Positions 39,799 through 53,768 of a stretch of DNA of 64,000 nucleotides are shown in pieces. The stretch is from Escherichia coli (GTDB lineage: Bacteria; Pseudomonadota; Gammaproteobacteria; Enterobacterales; Enterobacteriaceae): assembly GCF_041248615.1 (NCBI RefSeq), contig NZ_CP158426.1; one strand, given 5' to 3'. The translations under genes were made by a program, and so were the position numbers. Position 1 is the first letter of the stretch. The number at the start of each line of letters is the position of its first letter. Below the pieces are notes generated by a model, which did not search any database, was not told the origin of the DNA, and saw nothing but the letters and a program-made list of their open reading frames with translations.

Positions 39799-40054
39799 CT
39801 TTTAATTCCTTCATGACAGGTAATGTAAGGTACGCGATGACAACACCATTTAATAATACCTTTTAAATACCTTTGCGGTGAAAACTTGACCGCGGTAACA
39901 TTTTTTCTGATGAATCGAGCCAACAGAAAACGCTGAAAAAACATCCAAAAGATGGAAAAACTCGCCTGTAACGACCAGGATTATGATTGCCCGCAAAAGG
40001 CGGGCCAGGACAATCCATAGCCGATATCCAATCGGAATTTACGGGAGCATAGTA

Positions 40055-41107
40055 ATGACAGATATTGCGCAGTTGCTTGGCAAAGACGCCGACAACCTTT
40101 TACAGCACCGTTGTATGACTATTCCTTCTGACCAGCTTTATCTCCCCGGACATGACTACGTAGACCGCGTGATGATTGACAATAATCGCCCGCCAGCGGT
40201 GTTACGTAATATGCAGACGTTGTACAACACTGGGCGTCTGGCTGGCACAGGATATCTTTCTATTCTGCCCGTTGACCAGGGCGTTGAGCACTCTGCCGGA
40301 GCTTCATTTGCCGCTAACCCGCTCTACTTTGACCCGAAAAACATTGTTGAACTGGCGATCGAAGCGGGCTGTAACTGTGTGGCGTCAACTTACGGCGTGC
40401 TGGCGTCGGTATCGCGGCGTTACGCGCATCGCATTCCATTCCTCGTCAAACTTAATCACAACGAGACGCTAAGTTACCCGAATACCTACGATCAAACGCT
40501 GTATGCCAGCGTGGAGCAGGCGTTCAACATGGGCGCGGTGGCGGTTGGTGCGACTATCTATTTTGGCTCGGAAGAGTCACGTCGCCAGATTGAAGAAATT
40601 TCTGCGGCTTTTGAACGTGCGCACGAGCTGGGCATGGTGACTGTGCTGTGGGCCTATTTGCGTAACTCCGCCTTTAAGAAAGATGGCGTTGATTACCATG
40701 TTTCCGCCGACCTGACTGGTCAGGCGAACCATCTTGCGGCAACCATAGGTGCAGATATCGTCAAACAAAAAATGGCGGAAAATAACGGCGGCTATAAAGC
40801 AATTAATTACGGTTATACCGACGATCGCGTGTACAGCAAGTTAACCAGCGAAAACCCGATTGATCTGGTGCGTTATCAGTTAGCTAACTGCTATATGGGC
40901 CGGGCTGGGTTGATAAACTCCGGCGGTGCTGCAGGCGGTGAAACTGACCTCAGCGATGCAGTGCGTACTGCGGTTATCAACAAACGCGCTGGCGGAATGG
41001 GGCTGATTCTTGGACGTAAGGCGTTCAAGAAATCGATGGCTGACGGCGTGAAACTGATTAACGCCGTGCAGGACGTTTATCTCGATAGCAAAATTACTAT
41101 CGCCTGA
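40055..41107 (+). CDS. fbaB: Class I fructose-bisphosphate aldolase
   Basis: Start at [35 protein letters not shown] (350 aa); ORF track begins 72 nt upstream. Confidence 0.9.
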
Positions 41108-41192
41108 TACGCCTTATACGAACAGCACTACCCCGTATGACGGAAAAGGCGTTTACGTCGCATCCGGCATAAAAACACGCGCACTTTGCTAC

Positions 41193-41220
41193 GGCTTCCC
41201 TATCGGGAGGCCGTTTTTTT
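41193..41220 (+). terminator. Rho-independent terminator after fbaB
   Basis: GGCTTCCC-TATC-GGGAGGCC hairpin followed by GTTTTTTT. Confidence 0.65.
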
Positions 41221-41280
41221 GCCTGTCATTCTGATTAATTTTCGAATTGTCGTTTTTGTGATCGTTATCTCGAGATTTAA

Positions 41281-43480
<2,200 letters not shown>

Positions 43481-43489
43481 GGACGGTAT

Positions 43490-43942
43490 ATGACTAACCT
43501 GTTTGTTCGTAGCGGAATTTCTTTTGTCGATCGTAGCGAAGTTTTAACCCATATCGGTACTGAGATGCTCGCGAAAGGTGTGGTTCATGATACCTGGCCA
43601 CAGGCATTAATTGCCAGAGAAGCAGAATTCCCTACCGGGATAATGCTTGAGCAGCACGCCATTGCAATACCGCATTGTGAGGCGATTCATGCTAAGTCGT
43701 CAGCCATTTATCTGTTAAGGCCAGCAAATAAAGTTCATTTTCAGCAAGCGGATGATGATAATGACGTGGCGGTATCGTTGGTTATTGCGTTGATTGTGGA
43801 AAATCCGCAGCAGCAATTGAAACTTTTACGCTGTTTATTTGGCAAGTTACAACAGCCCGATATCGTCGAGACACTAATCACTCTTCATGAAACCCAGTTA
43901 AAGGAATACTTCACAAAGTATGTTTTAGATTCAGACGAATAA
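43490..43942 (+). CDS. gatA: Galactitol PTS EIIA
   Basis: 150-aa ORF in gat operon position. Confidence 0.9.
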   Translation: MTNLFVRSGISFVDRSEVLTHIGTEMLAKGVVHDTWPQALIAREAEFPTGIMLEQHAIAIPHCEAIHAKSSAIYLLRPANKVHFQQADDDNDVAVSLVIALIVENPQQQLKLLRCLFGKLQQPDIVETLITLHETQLKEYFTKYVLDSDE

Positions 43943-43972
43943 ATCCCTCTGTAACAATAAAAAGGACTATTT

Positions 43973-44257
43973 ATGAAACGCAAGATTATTGTCGCTTGCG
44001 GAGGCGCGGTTGCGACCTCTACGATGGCGGCGGAAGAAATTAAAGAGTTGTGTCAGAGTCATAATATTCCTGTTGAATTAATCCAGTGTCGGGTTAATGA
44101 AATAGAGACCTATATGGATGGTGTGCATTTGATATGTACTACCGCCAAAGTTGACCGTAGTTTTGGCGATATTCCGTTAGTTCACGGCATGCCTTTTGTT
44201 TCTGGTGTCGGTATCGAAGCATTACAAAATAAAATTCTGACTATCTTACAGGGGTGA
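43973..44257 (+). CDS. gatB: Galactitol PTS EIIB
   Basis: 94-aa ORF with [16 protein letters not shown] (phospho-Cys motif). Confidence 0.9.
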   Translation: MKRKIIVACGGAVATSTMAAEEIKELCQSHNIPVELIQCRVNEIETYMDGVHLICTTAKVDRSFGDIPLVHGMPFVSGVGIEALQNKILTILQG

Positions 44258-44260
44258 CCT

Positions 44261-45616
44261 ATGTTTTCAGAAGTCATGCGTTATATTCTCGACCTCGGCC
44301 CTACGGTGATGCTGCCGATTGTCATCATTATTTTTTCTAAAATATTAGGCATGAAGGCAGGCGATTGCTTTAAAGCGGGTCTGCATATCGGGATTGGCTT
44401 TGTTGGCATTGGCCTTGTGATTGGCTTAATGCTGGATTCCATTGGTCCGGCGGCGAAAGCGATGGCGGAAAATTTCGACCTGAATCTGCATGTGGTCGAT
44501 GTCGGCTGGCCGGGCTCTTCACCAATGACCTGGGCGTCGCAAATTGCGCTGGTGGCGATTCCGATTGCGATTCTGGTTAACGTGGCGATGCTACTGACCC
44601 GTATGACGCGGGTGGTAAATGTTGATATCTGGAATATCTGGCATATGACCTTCACCGGCGCATTGCTGCATCTGGCAACCGGTTCATGGATGATAGGGAT
44701 GGCGGGTGTGGTAATTCACGCGGCGTTTGTTTATAAGCTCGGCGACTGGTTTGCCCGCGATACCCGAAATTTCTTTGAGCTGGAAGGCATTGCTATTCCG
44801 CACGGTACGTCGGCGTATCTGGGGCCAATTGCGGTGCTGGTGGATGCTATCATCGAGAAAATCCCAGGCGTTAACCGTATTAAATTTAGCGCCGACGATA
44901 TTCAGCGCAAATTTGGTCCGTTTGGCGAGCCTGTCACCGTGGGTTTTGTGATGGGGCTGATTATCGGCATCCTCGCGGGTTACGATGTCAAAGGTGTATT
45001 GCAGCTGGCGGTAAAAACGGCGGCAGTTATGCTGTTGATGCCACGGGTGATTAAACCCATCATGGATGGTTTAACGCCTATCGCTAAGCAGGCCCGTAGT
45101 CGTTTACAGGCGAAGTTCGGCGGTCAGGAGTTCCTGATTGGCCTTGATCCGGCGTTGCTGCTGGGGCATACGGCGGTGGTATCGGCAAGCCTGATTTTTA
45201 TCCCGCTCACCATTTTAATTGCTGTTTGTGTTCCGGGTAATCAGGTACTGCCGTTTGGCGACCTTGCCACCATCGGTTTCTTTGTGGCGATGGCGGTCGC
45301 CGTGCATCGTGGAAATCTGTTCCGCACCTTAATCTCGGGTGTCATCATTATGAGCATCACCCTGTGGATCGCGACGCAAACTATTGGTTTGCACACCCAA
45401 CTGGCGGCTAACGCTGGGGCGTTAAAAGCCGGAGGCATGGTGGCATCAATGGATCAGGGCGGTTCTCCCATTACCTGGTTACTGATTCAGGTTTTCTCCC
45501 CGCAAAATATTCCCGGTTTCATTATTATCGGTGCCATTTATCTTACCGGTATTTTCATGACCTGGCGTAGAGCGCGCGGCTTTATTAAACAAGAGAAAGC
45601 CGTTCTCGCAGAATAA
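44261..45616 (+). CDS. gatC: Galactitol PTS EIIC permease
   Basis: 451-aa polytopic membrane ORF. Confidence 0.9.
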   Translation: MFSEVMRYILDLGPTVMLPIVIIIFSKILGMKAGDCFKAGLHIGIGFVGIGLVIGLMLDSIGPAAKAMAENFDLNLHVVDVGWPGSSPMTWASQIALVAIPIAILVNVAMLLTRMTRVVNVDIWNIWHMTFTGALLHLATGSWMIGMAGVVIHAAFVYKLGDWFARDTRNFFELEGIAIPHGTSAYLGPIAVLVDAIIEKIPGVNRIKFSADDIQRKFGPFGEPVTVGFVMGLIIGILAGYDVKGVLQLAVKTAAVMLLMPRVIKPIMDGLTPIAKQARSRLQAKFGGQEFLIGLDPALLLGHTAVVSASLIFIPLTILIAVCVPGNQVLPFGDLATIGFFVAMAVAVHRGNLFRTLISGVIIMSITLWIATQTIGLHTQLAANAGALKAGGMVASMDQGGSPITWLLIQVFSPQNIPGFIIIGAIYLTGIFMTWRRARGFIKQEKAVLAE

Positions 45617-45663
45617 TTTTTACCTGAGGGGGAGTTTATCCCCCTTAATAATCAGGAGTTTTT

Positions 45664-46704
45664 ATGAAATCAGTGGTGAATGATACTGATGGTATCGTGC
45701 GCGTTGCCCAACGAGTCATTCCTGAAATTAAACATCAGGATGAGGTGCGGGTAAAAATTGCCAGCTCGGGATTATGTGGTTCCGATTTACCCAGAATATT
45801 TAAAAATGGTGCACATTATTATCCAATAACGTTAGGTCATGAATTTAGCGGCTATATTGATGCGGTGGGATCCGGTGTTGATGATTTACATCCTGGCGAT
45901 GCGGTTGCCTGTGTGCCGTTATTACCCTGTTTTACTTGTCCAGAGTGTTTGAAAGGGTTTTATTCCCAGTGCGCAAAATATGATTTTATTGGCTCGCGGC
46001 GTGATGGTGGATTTGCTGAGTATATTGTCGTTAACCGAAAAAATGTCTTTGCTCTACCCACGGATATGCCTATTGAGGATGGGGCTTTTATTGAACCGAT
46101 TACCGTTGGCCTGCATGCTTTCCATTTAGCGCAAGGTTGTGAGAATAAAAACGTTATTATTATTGGTGCCGGAACCATTGGCCTGCTGGCAATTCAGTGC
46201 GCTGTCGCGCTGGGAGCAAAGAGTGTGACGGCTATCGACATTAGCTCAGAAAAACTGGCACTGGCAAAATCTTTCGGTGCGATGCAAACATTTAACAGCC
46301 TTGAAATGAGCGCGCCGCAAATGCAGGGCGTTTTACGCGAGCTGCGCTTTAATCAGCTTATCCTCGAGACGGCTGGCGTCCCGCAAACCGTCGAACTGGC
46401 GGTAGAGATTGCCGGGCCTCATGCCCAGCTGGCGCTGGTGGGTACGTTGCATCAAGATTTGCATTTAACATCGGCAACGTTTGGCAAAATATTACGTAAA
46501 GAGCTGACGGTTATCGGCAGTTGGATGAACTACTCCAGCCCTTGGCCGGGGCAGGAGTGGGAAACGGCGAGCCGGTTGCTGACAGAACGTAAGTTAAGCC
46601 TGGAGCCATTAATCGCTCACCGTGGAAGCTTTGAAAGCTTCGCCCAGGCGGTGCGTGACATCGCTCGTAATGCTATGCCGGGCAAAGTGTTGCTTATTCC
46701 CTGA
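45664..46704 (+). CDS. gatD: Galactitol-1-phosphate 5-dehydrogenase (Zn-dependent MDR family)
   Basis: 346-aa ORF with GHEFSG and GAGTIG (Rossmann) motifs. Confidence 0.9.
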   Translation: MKSVVNDTDGIVRVAQRVIPEIKHQDEVRVKIASSGLCGSDLPRIFKNGAHYYPITLGHEFSGYIDAVGSGVDDLHPGDAVACVPLLPCFTCPECLKGFYSQCAKYDFIGSRRDGGFAEYIVVNRKNVFALPTDMPIEDGAFIEPITVGLHAFHLAQGCENKNVIIIGAGTIGLLAIQCAVALGAKSVTAIDISSEKLALAKSFGAMQTFNSLEMSAPQMQGVLRELRFNQLILETAGVPQTVELAVEIAGPHAQLALVGTLHQDLHLTSATFGKILRKELTVIGSWMNYSSPWPGQEWETASRLLTERKLSLEPLIAHRGSFESFAQAVRDIARNAMPGKVLLIP

Positions 46705-46803
46705 AACCGCGGGCCAGCGTGATGCTGGCCCGGTATTGTGCAAAACAGATCATTCACCAATGGTCCCCCTTCGTTTACACTAGCCACAATTGAATATGGG
46801 TAA

Positions 46804-47583
46804 ATGACGATGAATTCATTCGAGCGAAGGAATAAGATCATCCAATTAGTGAATGAACAGGGAACCGTGCTTGTTCAGGATCTGGCGGGAGTATTTGCTG
46901 CCTCGGAAGCGACAATCCGTGCCGATTTGCGCTTTCTCGAACAAAAAGGCGTGGTTACGCGCTTTCATGGCGGTGCGGCGAAAATAATGTCCGGTAATAG
47001 TGAAACCGAGACCCAGGAAGTTGGGTTTAAAGAGCGATTTCAGCTCGCCAGCGCGCCAAAAAACAGAATAGCGCAGGCGGCAGTCAAAATGATCCACGAA
47101 GGGATGACCGTTATTCTCGACAGCGGAAGTACGACAATGCTTATCGCCGAAGGATTAATGACCGCCAAAAATATCACGGTGATTACCAACAGTCTCCCGG
47201 CAGCATTTGCCCTTTCCGAAAATAAAGACATTACTCTGGTCGTCTGTGGTGGGACCGTCCGCCATAAAACACGCTCGATGCATGGTTCCATTGCCGAGCG
47301 TTCATTGCAGGATATTAATGCCGATTTAATGTTTGTCGGTGCTGATGGTATTGATGCGGTTAATGGTATTACGACCTTTAATGAAGGTTATTCGATTAGC
47401 GGGGCGATGGTTACAGCCGCAAATAAAGTGATTGCCGTTCTCGATTCATCGAAATTTAATCGTCGCGGTTTTAATCAGGTACTGCCAATCGAAAAAATTG
47501 ACATTATTATTACCGATGATGCCGTGTCAGAGGTGGATAAACTGGCATTGCAGAAGACACGGGTGAAATTAATTACGGTGTAG
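46804..47583 (+). CDS. gatR: DeoR-family repressor of the gat operon, uninterrupted
   Basis: 259-aa continuous ORF with N-terminal HTH (RRNKIIQLVNEQGTVLVQDLAGVFAASEATIRADL). Confidence 0.85.
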   Translation: MTMNSFERRNKIIQLVNEQGTVLVQDLAGVFAASEATIRADLRFLEQKGVVTRFHGGAAKIMSGNSETETQEVGFKERFQLASAPKNRIAQAAVKMIHEGMTVILDSGSTTMLIAEGLMTAKNITVITNSLPAAFALSENKDITLVVCGGTVRHKTRSMHGSIAERSLQDINADLMFVGADGIDAVNGITTFNEGYSISGAMVTAANKVIAVLDSSKFNRRGFNQVLPIEKIDIIITDDAVSEVDKLALQKTRVKLITV

Positions 47584-47664
47584 TATTGCTCTGTATGCCG
47601 GATAAAGTTTTTACACCGCATCCGGCATTACGGATTCTCCCTGGTTCAAGAGAGAATAGTGTGA

Positions 47665-48564
47665 TTAACGCAACAATGGGCAATCTGGTGGTAATCGACA
47701 ACGCAACGCCGCCGGAAGTATTTCAATATGAAAGTTTTGTCCGCTCAACGGTTCGCCATCAAGATTAAAAGTGATTTCGTGTGGGGCTTGTATATCAAAC
47801 CACGACGAAGCGCCTTCGATAATATTCGGGTTATCTTCGTCAGATTTTAATGTTGATACGAGAGCCGGAAGAATTTCATCGCCGGTAAAAATGCGCAGTT
47901 GCAGCAAGCCATCGTTAATTAACGCGTTCGGGCACAATTGCTGACCGCCACCGGCCTGACGCCCGTTACCAATACCAATGACCAGGGCGTCACCTTGCCA
48001 GTGAAAGTTTTCACCGCGGATCTCACAACGGTCCGGTTGCAGAGTATCCATGCGCATTAAGCCATGAATGATGTAAGAGACGCCACCCAGCGCGGCTTTT
48101 AATTTTTCCGGCGTTTCTGTGGTAATACGCGTCCCAAATCCGCCTGTCGCCATATTAATAAAACAGGTTTGTTTGTTGACCTGCGCCATATCTATCGCAA
48201 TGGCGTCACCGGCAATTGCCAGTTTCAGCGCCTTATCCAGTGCCTCAGGAATCCTTACACTGGTGGCAAAATCATTGGCGGTTCCTAATGGCAAAATTCC
48301 TAGCGCGGGTATGTCATCCCCCTCACACTGAATCAACGCCGTAGAAACTTCATTAATGGTGCCATCGCCACCACCGGCAATCACCGTTGCGACGCCCAAC
48401 TTCCGGGCCTCCTCTACATATCGTGCGGCATCGCCTTTCTCCCAGGTGACCCGCACATGGATCGTCATTCCTTCCTCACGCAACAGCATAATTGCTTCGC
48501 GCAAGGGTAGATTGTCAGTGCTTTTGCCATTAAGAATCAGTAAGCTGGCGGGAATTTCTGCCAT
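47665..48564 (-). CDS. yegS: Lipid kinase YegS (diacylglycerol-kinase catalytic domain family)
   Basis: 299-aa ORF with GGDGT motif. Confidence 0.9.
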   Translation of the reverse strand: MAEIPASLLILNGKSTDNLPLREAIMLLREEGMTIHVRVTWEKGDAARYVEEARKLGVATVIAGGGDGTINEVSTALIQCEGDDIPALGILPLGTANDFATSVRIPEALDKALKLAIAGDAIAIDMAQVNKQTCFINMATGGFGTRITTETPEKLKAALGGVSYIIHGLMRMDTLQPDRCEIRGENFHWQGDALVIGIGNGRQAGGGQQLCPNALINDGLLQLRIFTGDEILPALVSTLKSDEDNPNIIEGASSWFDIQAPHEITFNLDGEPLSGQNFHIEILPAALRCRLPPDCPLLR

Positions 48565-48978
48565 GATCGTATGTGCCTTTATGATTGGTCTGTAGATAGT
48601 GTAGAGCAGAAAAGAAAAGGTGGAGTCAGAACAGGATGAAAGTCGGAGGATAAAAAGTCAGTTCAAGTATGGGGGATTCAGTGGTTACCACCAGGAGCTT
48701 GCAATGGGGACAGCGAATACTAACGGCAGCCACCGATAAATTTCAAAAAAGAGCATATACCTAATATTCAACTAAACAGTGGCATCTTCAATATACTATT
48801 AAAAATATATTAACCCCCCCATGGGGTTACCCGGAAGGGCATCCGTGTATGTAATTCCTACTTATGTAGGAAATGTTGTACAGAACATTTATTATAATCC
48901 TATTCAATTATAATAATCATGCCATTATTATATTTAAACACCAGAGCGTGTCGTTGGTATTTAATGGGGGAAGGTGAG

Positions 48979-49296
48979 ATGAAAAAGATAGCTGCTATAT
49001 CATTAATTAGTATTTTTCTTATGTCTGGTTGTGCTGTGCATAATGATGAGACAAGTATCGGTAAATTTGGTCTTGCATATAAAAGTAATATTCAGCGTAA
49101 ACTCGATAACCAATACTACACCGAAGCCGAAGCTTCTTTAGCCAGGGGCAGAATATCTGGTGCAGAAAATATAGTAAAAAATGATGCAGCTCATTTCTGT
49201 GTTACTCAGGGCAAAAAAATGCAGATAGTTGACCTGAAGACAGAAGGTGCAGGATTACATGGCGTCGCTCGTCTGACATTCAAATGTGGAGAGTGA
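48979..49296 (+). CDS. yegR: Small lipoprotein YegR
   Basis: Start at MKKIAAISLISIFLMSGC (lipobox), 105 aa; ORF track begins 60 nt upstream. Confidence 0.75.
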   Translation: MKKIAAISLISIFLMSGCAVHNDETSIGKFGLAYKSNIQRKLDNQYYTEAEASLARGRISGAENIVKNDAAHFCVTQGKKMQIVDLKTEGAGLHGVARLTFKCGE

Positions 49297-49453
49297 GAAT
49301 ATTTTTGGTAAGCGTCAAACATGCGCGTTCTGGTTGTGCTTAGCCGGAACCTGTGCGAGCACGATGCCGTTACGTGAAAGGCATCGTGCTATGAAGAGAG
49401 ATTCTATCGATGTGGTCAATGGAAGACGGTGACCAGGGATAGGGCTTATGCAT

Positions 49454-49540
49454 AAAAAATAAGCCCGTGTAAGGGAGATTACACAGGCTAAGGAGGTGGT
49501 TCCTGGTACAGCTAGCATTTTATGGGTTATGTTTTTCAGC
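49454..49540 (-). ncRNA. cyaR: CyaR (RyeE) Hfq-dependent small RNA
   Basis: Minus-strand sequence GCTGAAAAACATAACCCATAAAATGCTAGCTGTACCAGGAACCACCTCCTTAGCCTGTGTAATCTCCCTTACACGGGCTTATTTTTT matches the recalled CyaR sequence, ending in a terminator hairpin and U-tract. Confidence 0.9.
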
Positions 49541-49624
49541 GAAACGGATGATAACCTTAATAAATGCAGCTGTATGTGATCGGTTTCTAAGAATTTTCCA
49601 TCCGGGAAAAATAATCGAAATTAA

Positions 49625-50986
49625 TCACTTACCGTGGGGGTTACGCGTGGTTTCCCCGGAGAAATTACGCATCAGCAGCGCGTAATTTAGCTCAAGATCC
49701 TGCGGCACCGGGATCCACACAGTATAACCATCGCCCGGTGCGACCGGCATTGCTTCGCCTTTGGCGTTTTCCATGTGCTCAAGGGTAAAGTTAATGTTCC
49801 CTTGCGGCGTCATCAGCTCAAGGCTGTCGCCAACGGAGAATTTATTTTTCACCGCTACCGCCGCGAGGTCGCCCTTGCGCTCACTGGTAAACTCACCAAC
49901 AAACTGCTGGCGGTCAGAAACTGAATAACCGTATTCGTAGTTCTGATAATCGTCGTGAGTATGACGACGCAGGAAACCTTCGGTATAGCCACGATGCGCC
50001 AGACCTTCCAGGGTTTCCAGCAGGCTGGTATCGAATGGTTTTCCCGCAGCTGCGTCATCGATAGCTTTACGGTAAACCTGCGCGGTGCGTGCGCAATAGT
50101 AGAAAGATTTGGTACGGCCTTCGATTTTCAGCGAATGCACGCCCATTTTGGTCAGGCGTTCAACATGGGCGATGGCGCGCAGATCTTTCGAGTTCATGAT
50201 GTAAGTGCCGTGCTCATCTTCAAACGCGGTCATATACTCGCCCGGACGCTGGGCTTCTTCGATCATAAACACTTTGTCGGTTGGTGCGCCGATCCCCAGC
50301 GTCGGTTCAACGTTTTGCACCGGAATCGGTTCGTACTTGTGTACGATGTTGCCGACGTCATCTTCTTTCCCTTCCTGGACGTTATACTCCCAGCGGCAGG
50401 CGTTGGTGCAGGTGCCCTGGTTCGGGTCGCGCTTGTTGATATAGCCAGAGAGCAGGCAGCGACCGGAGTAGGCCATGCACAGCGCGCCGTGAACGAAGAT
50501 TTCGATCTCCATATCTGGCACCTGATTGCGGATCTCTTCAATCTCTTCCAGTGACAGTTCGCGAGAGAGGATCACGCGGGTCAGACCCATTTGCTGCCAG
50601 AATTTCACCGTCGCCCAGTTCACGGCGTTAGCCTGTACTGAGAGATGGATCGGCATTTCAGGGAAGTGCTCGCGCACCAGCATAATCAGCCCTGGATCAG
50701 ACATAATCAGCGCATCCGGCCCCATTTCCACCACCGGTTTCAGGTCACGGATAAAGGTTTTCAGCTTGGCGTTGTGCGGTGCAATGTTGACCACGACATA
50801 AAACTTTTTCCCCAGCGCGTGGGCTTCATTGATGCCGAGCTGAAGATTTTCGTGGTTAAATTCGTTGTTGCGCACACGCAGGGAGTAACGCGGCTGGCCC
50901 GCATAAACAGCATCTGCGCCATAAGCGAAAGCGTAACGCATATTTTTCAGCGTTCCCGCCGGGGAAAGGAGTTCCGGTTTAAACAT
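49625..50986 (-). CDS. yegQ: Peptidase U32-family protein
   Basis: 453-aa ORF MFKPELLSPAGTLKNMRYAFAYGADAVYAG... Confidence 0.9.
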   Translation of the reverse strand: MFKPELLSPAGTLKNMRYAFAYGADAVYAGQPRYSLRVRNNEFNHENLQLGINEAHALGKKFYVVVNIAPHNAKLKTFIRDLKPVVEMGPDALIMSDPGLIMLVREHFPEMPIHLSVQANAVNWATVKFWQQMGLTRVILSRELSLEEIEEIRNQVPDMEIEIFVHGALCMAYSGRCLLSGYINKRDPNQGTCTNACRWEYNVQEGKEDDVGNIVHKYEPIPVQNVEPTLGIGAPTDKVFMIEEAQRPGEYMTAFEDEHGTYIMNSKDLRAIAHVERLTKMGVHSLKIEGRTKSFYYCARTAQVYRKAIDDAAAGKPFDTSLLETLEGLAHRGYTEGFLRRHTHDDYQNYEYGYSVSDRQQFVGEFTSERKGDLAAVAVKNKFSVGDSLELMTPQGNINFTLEHMENAKGEAMPVAPGDGYTVWIPVPQDLELNYALLMRNFSGETTRNPHGK

Positions 50987-51133
50987 AATTCTCTCGTTCT
51001 GATGACAGGTCAGATCCGCTTCACCTGATGAAGCGGCCAGGGGAGTGCCCCCACTTTAAGGGCGGGCATTGTAGCGCTGTAGGGGGGAGCTGGTAAAGCG
51101 CCGGACGCCAACAACCCACGCCCGGCATCGTAA

Positions 51134-51466
51134 TTACGTATTGTCTTTCACCGTCTGGCTTGTGCCATTGGCTTTAACGGAGGCAATTCCGGTTTCACGA
51201 GATTGCGCGGTGGCGTACATCTGGCTGGAGCCGATAATTTGATGATTAGCGGCTTTCAGATTGAAATAGAATTTGCCGTTGCTTGCCGTTTTTTTCTCAT
51301 AGCGTTCTTCTTGCGGGCTGTTGCTACGCACCGACGCGATGCCCTTTTCCGCAGAGGCTTTTGAGGTATACAGCTCGCTGGTAAGGATAGTCTCACCATT
51401 GCCCGCTTTTAGCACAAACCGAAATTGATTATCACTGCTTTTACTGAGTTCAAACCAACCAGCCAT
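51134..51466 (-). CDS. yegP: DUF1508-family protein YegP
   Basis: Start at MAGWFELSKSSDNQFRF (110 aa) with two repeated halves; ORF track begins 39 nt upstream. Confidence 0.8.
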   Translation of the reverse strand: MAGWFELSKSSDNQFRFVLKAGNGETILTSELYTSKASAEKGIASVRSNSPQEERYEKKTASNGKFYFNLKAANHQIIGSSQMYATAQSRETGIASVKANGTSQTVKDNT

Positions 51467-51645
51467 AATGACTCCTTGATTGAAATTGCGTATCGAAAAC
51501 AGCATCTAAAAGGACTGTTTACCGATTAAAGTATGAGCGATTTTCTGGTGCCTGCCAGGGCGGAGAGATAATGTCAGTTTGCTGACCATGCGTGGGATTA
51601 TGTTGCCGGATGCGGCGTGAATGCCTTCTCCGGCAGGTAAAAATG

Positions 51646-52368
51646 TTAAACGATGCGGCAGGCGTCGGCTTCCCAGCGGTAACCGACGCCGTAAACGGCA
51701 CGGATAAAGGACTGTTCGGCGTCGAGAGATTCCAGCTTGCGACGCAGGTTTTTAATGTGGCTGTCGATGGTGCGGTCGGTTACTACGCGGTAGTCGTCAT
51801 AAAGATGATTGAGCAATTGCTCGCGGGAGAACACTTTTCCTGGTTCATGAGAGAGCGTTTTCAGCAGACGAAATTCCGCAGGCGTCAGGTCAAGCATTTT
51901 ACCGCGCCATGAAGCCTGAAAACGACCTTCGTCGATAATCAACGGGCTTTCAGCATCCTGTTGCTGCAACTCACGCTGCGGTTTGCAACGGCGCAAAATG
52001 GTTTTGACGCGCGCTACCACTTCCCGTGGGCTGTACGGCTTGCAGATGTAGTCATCTGCACCAATCTCCAGCCCCAGCAGGCGGTCGATCTCTTCGATTT
52101 TTGCTGTCACCATCACGATCGGAATGTCAGAAAAACGACGAATTTCCCGGCACAGCGTCAGGCCATCGGTGCCAGGAAGCATAAGATCCAGCAGGATCAG
52201 ATCCGGTGGTGTCTGGCGCACATACGGCAGTACCTGATCGCCGTGGCTGATAAGCGTCGGCGCATAGCTCGCAGCACGCAGATAATCAATGAGCAACTGC
52301 CCCAGCTTCGGTTCATCTTCCACGATCAAAATACGCGGTGTGTTTTCGTCGATTGGTAACTCGGTCAT
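51646..52368 (-). CDS. baeR: Envelope-stress response regulator BaeR (OmpR family)
   Basis: 240-aa ORF with receiver domain and winged-helix C-terminus; overlaps baeS stop. Confidence 0.95.
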
Positions 52369-53768
52369 ACTTCTCTCTGTAAATCCCGTTCCAGCGGTAA
52401 CTCTACTGTAATGCTTACCCCGCCAAAAGGCGAATGGGCGGCAATAATGCGGCCATTATGTGCTTCAACAATGTTCAGGCAAATCGCCAGCCCCAGCCCG
52501 GAACCGCCGCTGGCTCGGTTGCGGGAACCTTCGGTGCGATAAAAACGTTCAAACAATTTTTGTAGCTGATCGTCACTGACGCCCGGCGCGCTGTCGGCAA
52601 AGGTCAGTCGCACCGTTTTGTCGTGCTGCTCGGCAGAGATTTTCAGGCTACCGCCGCTGTCAGTGTAGCGCAGGCTGTTTTCCAGTAAGTTATTGAATAA
52701 CTGCATTAAACGGTCGCGATCGCCAAATACGGTAATACTGTCTGGCAGGGAAAATTGCAGTTTCAGGCCACGGCTGGCGAATCTTTCGCGAAATGCGCCG
52801 CCCGCCACTTCCAGCAGTGGGATCAAATCTACCGGTGCTTTTTGATAGGCGAGAGCGCCTTCATCAGACATCGACAACTGATGGAGATCGTCAACCAGTT
52901 TGGTCAGTGTACCGACCTCCGCCTGTAAAGACGCCACCGTCTCCGGCGTGAATTTACGCACGCCATCCTGAATGGCTTCCAGTTCACCGCGCAGCACCGC
53001 TAATGGCGTACGCAGTTCGTGAGAAATATCGGCCATAAAATCGCGCCGCATTTGCTGGTTTTTCTCCAGCGTGCTGGCAAGCTGGTTGAAGTCTTGCGCC
53101 AGTTTGCCCAGTTCATCTTCACTGGTGGGTGTCACGCGGGTAGTGAAATCGCCCGCCGCCAGTTTGTGCGTGCCGTCCACCAGCCGTTTGACCGGGGCCA
53201 ACAGACCACGCGCCAGCAGAAAGGTGGCGAGTGCCGCGAGTAACGTAGCCAGGGCGACAATCAGCCAGCTGGTTTGCCGCTGTTGTTTATCGAAATTGAT
53301 ATCAGTATTGCGGGTCAGTCGCTCAATAGGGGAGGCAATCACCGCACCCACTTCCGCACCGTTGACCAGAATGGGTCGCCGTGTACCGTCAGGTGGAATC
53401 GGCGCTCGCGGACCAACCAGCACTTTGTTGTTTTGATCGACCACCCAGAACTGAGTACGCCAGCCGTGCGGCGGCATACCCGGGCCGGGTTTATCTTCCG
53501 AATTATCGTGTTCAAATGAACGCAGGATCTGAAAGACAAAGCGATCGTTGTTGCGCAGGAAGCGCCAGTTACCATGCTGCGCATACTGCTCGCCAAGCGC
53601 ATCACTTAACAGCTGTAATCGCTGTTCATTGCCGTGTTTGATGTAATCAATAAAGCCACGCTCAAAACTGATACGCACCGCCCAGTGCATACTGATCAGC
53701 AAGACAATGCAGGTGGCGAAAATCGCCAGAAACAGTTTGCCGGTAATACCGGGTCGCCAGAACTTCAT
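52365..53768 (-). CDS. baeS: Sensor histidine kinase BaeS
   Basis: 467-aa ORF with two TM segments, HAMP, H-box ISHELRTPL and ATPase motifs. Confidence 0.95.
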
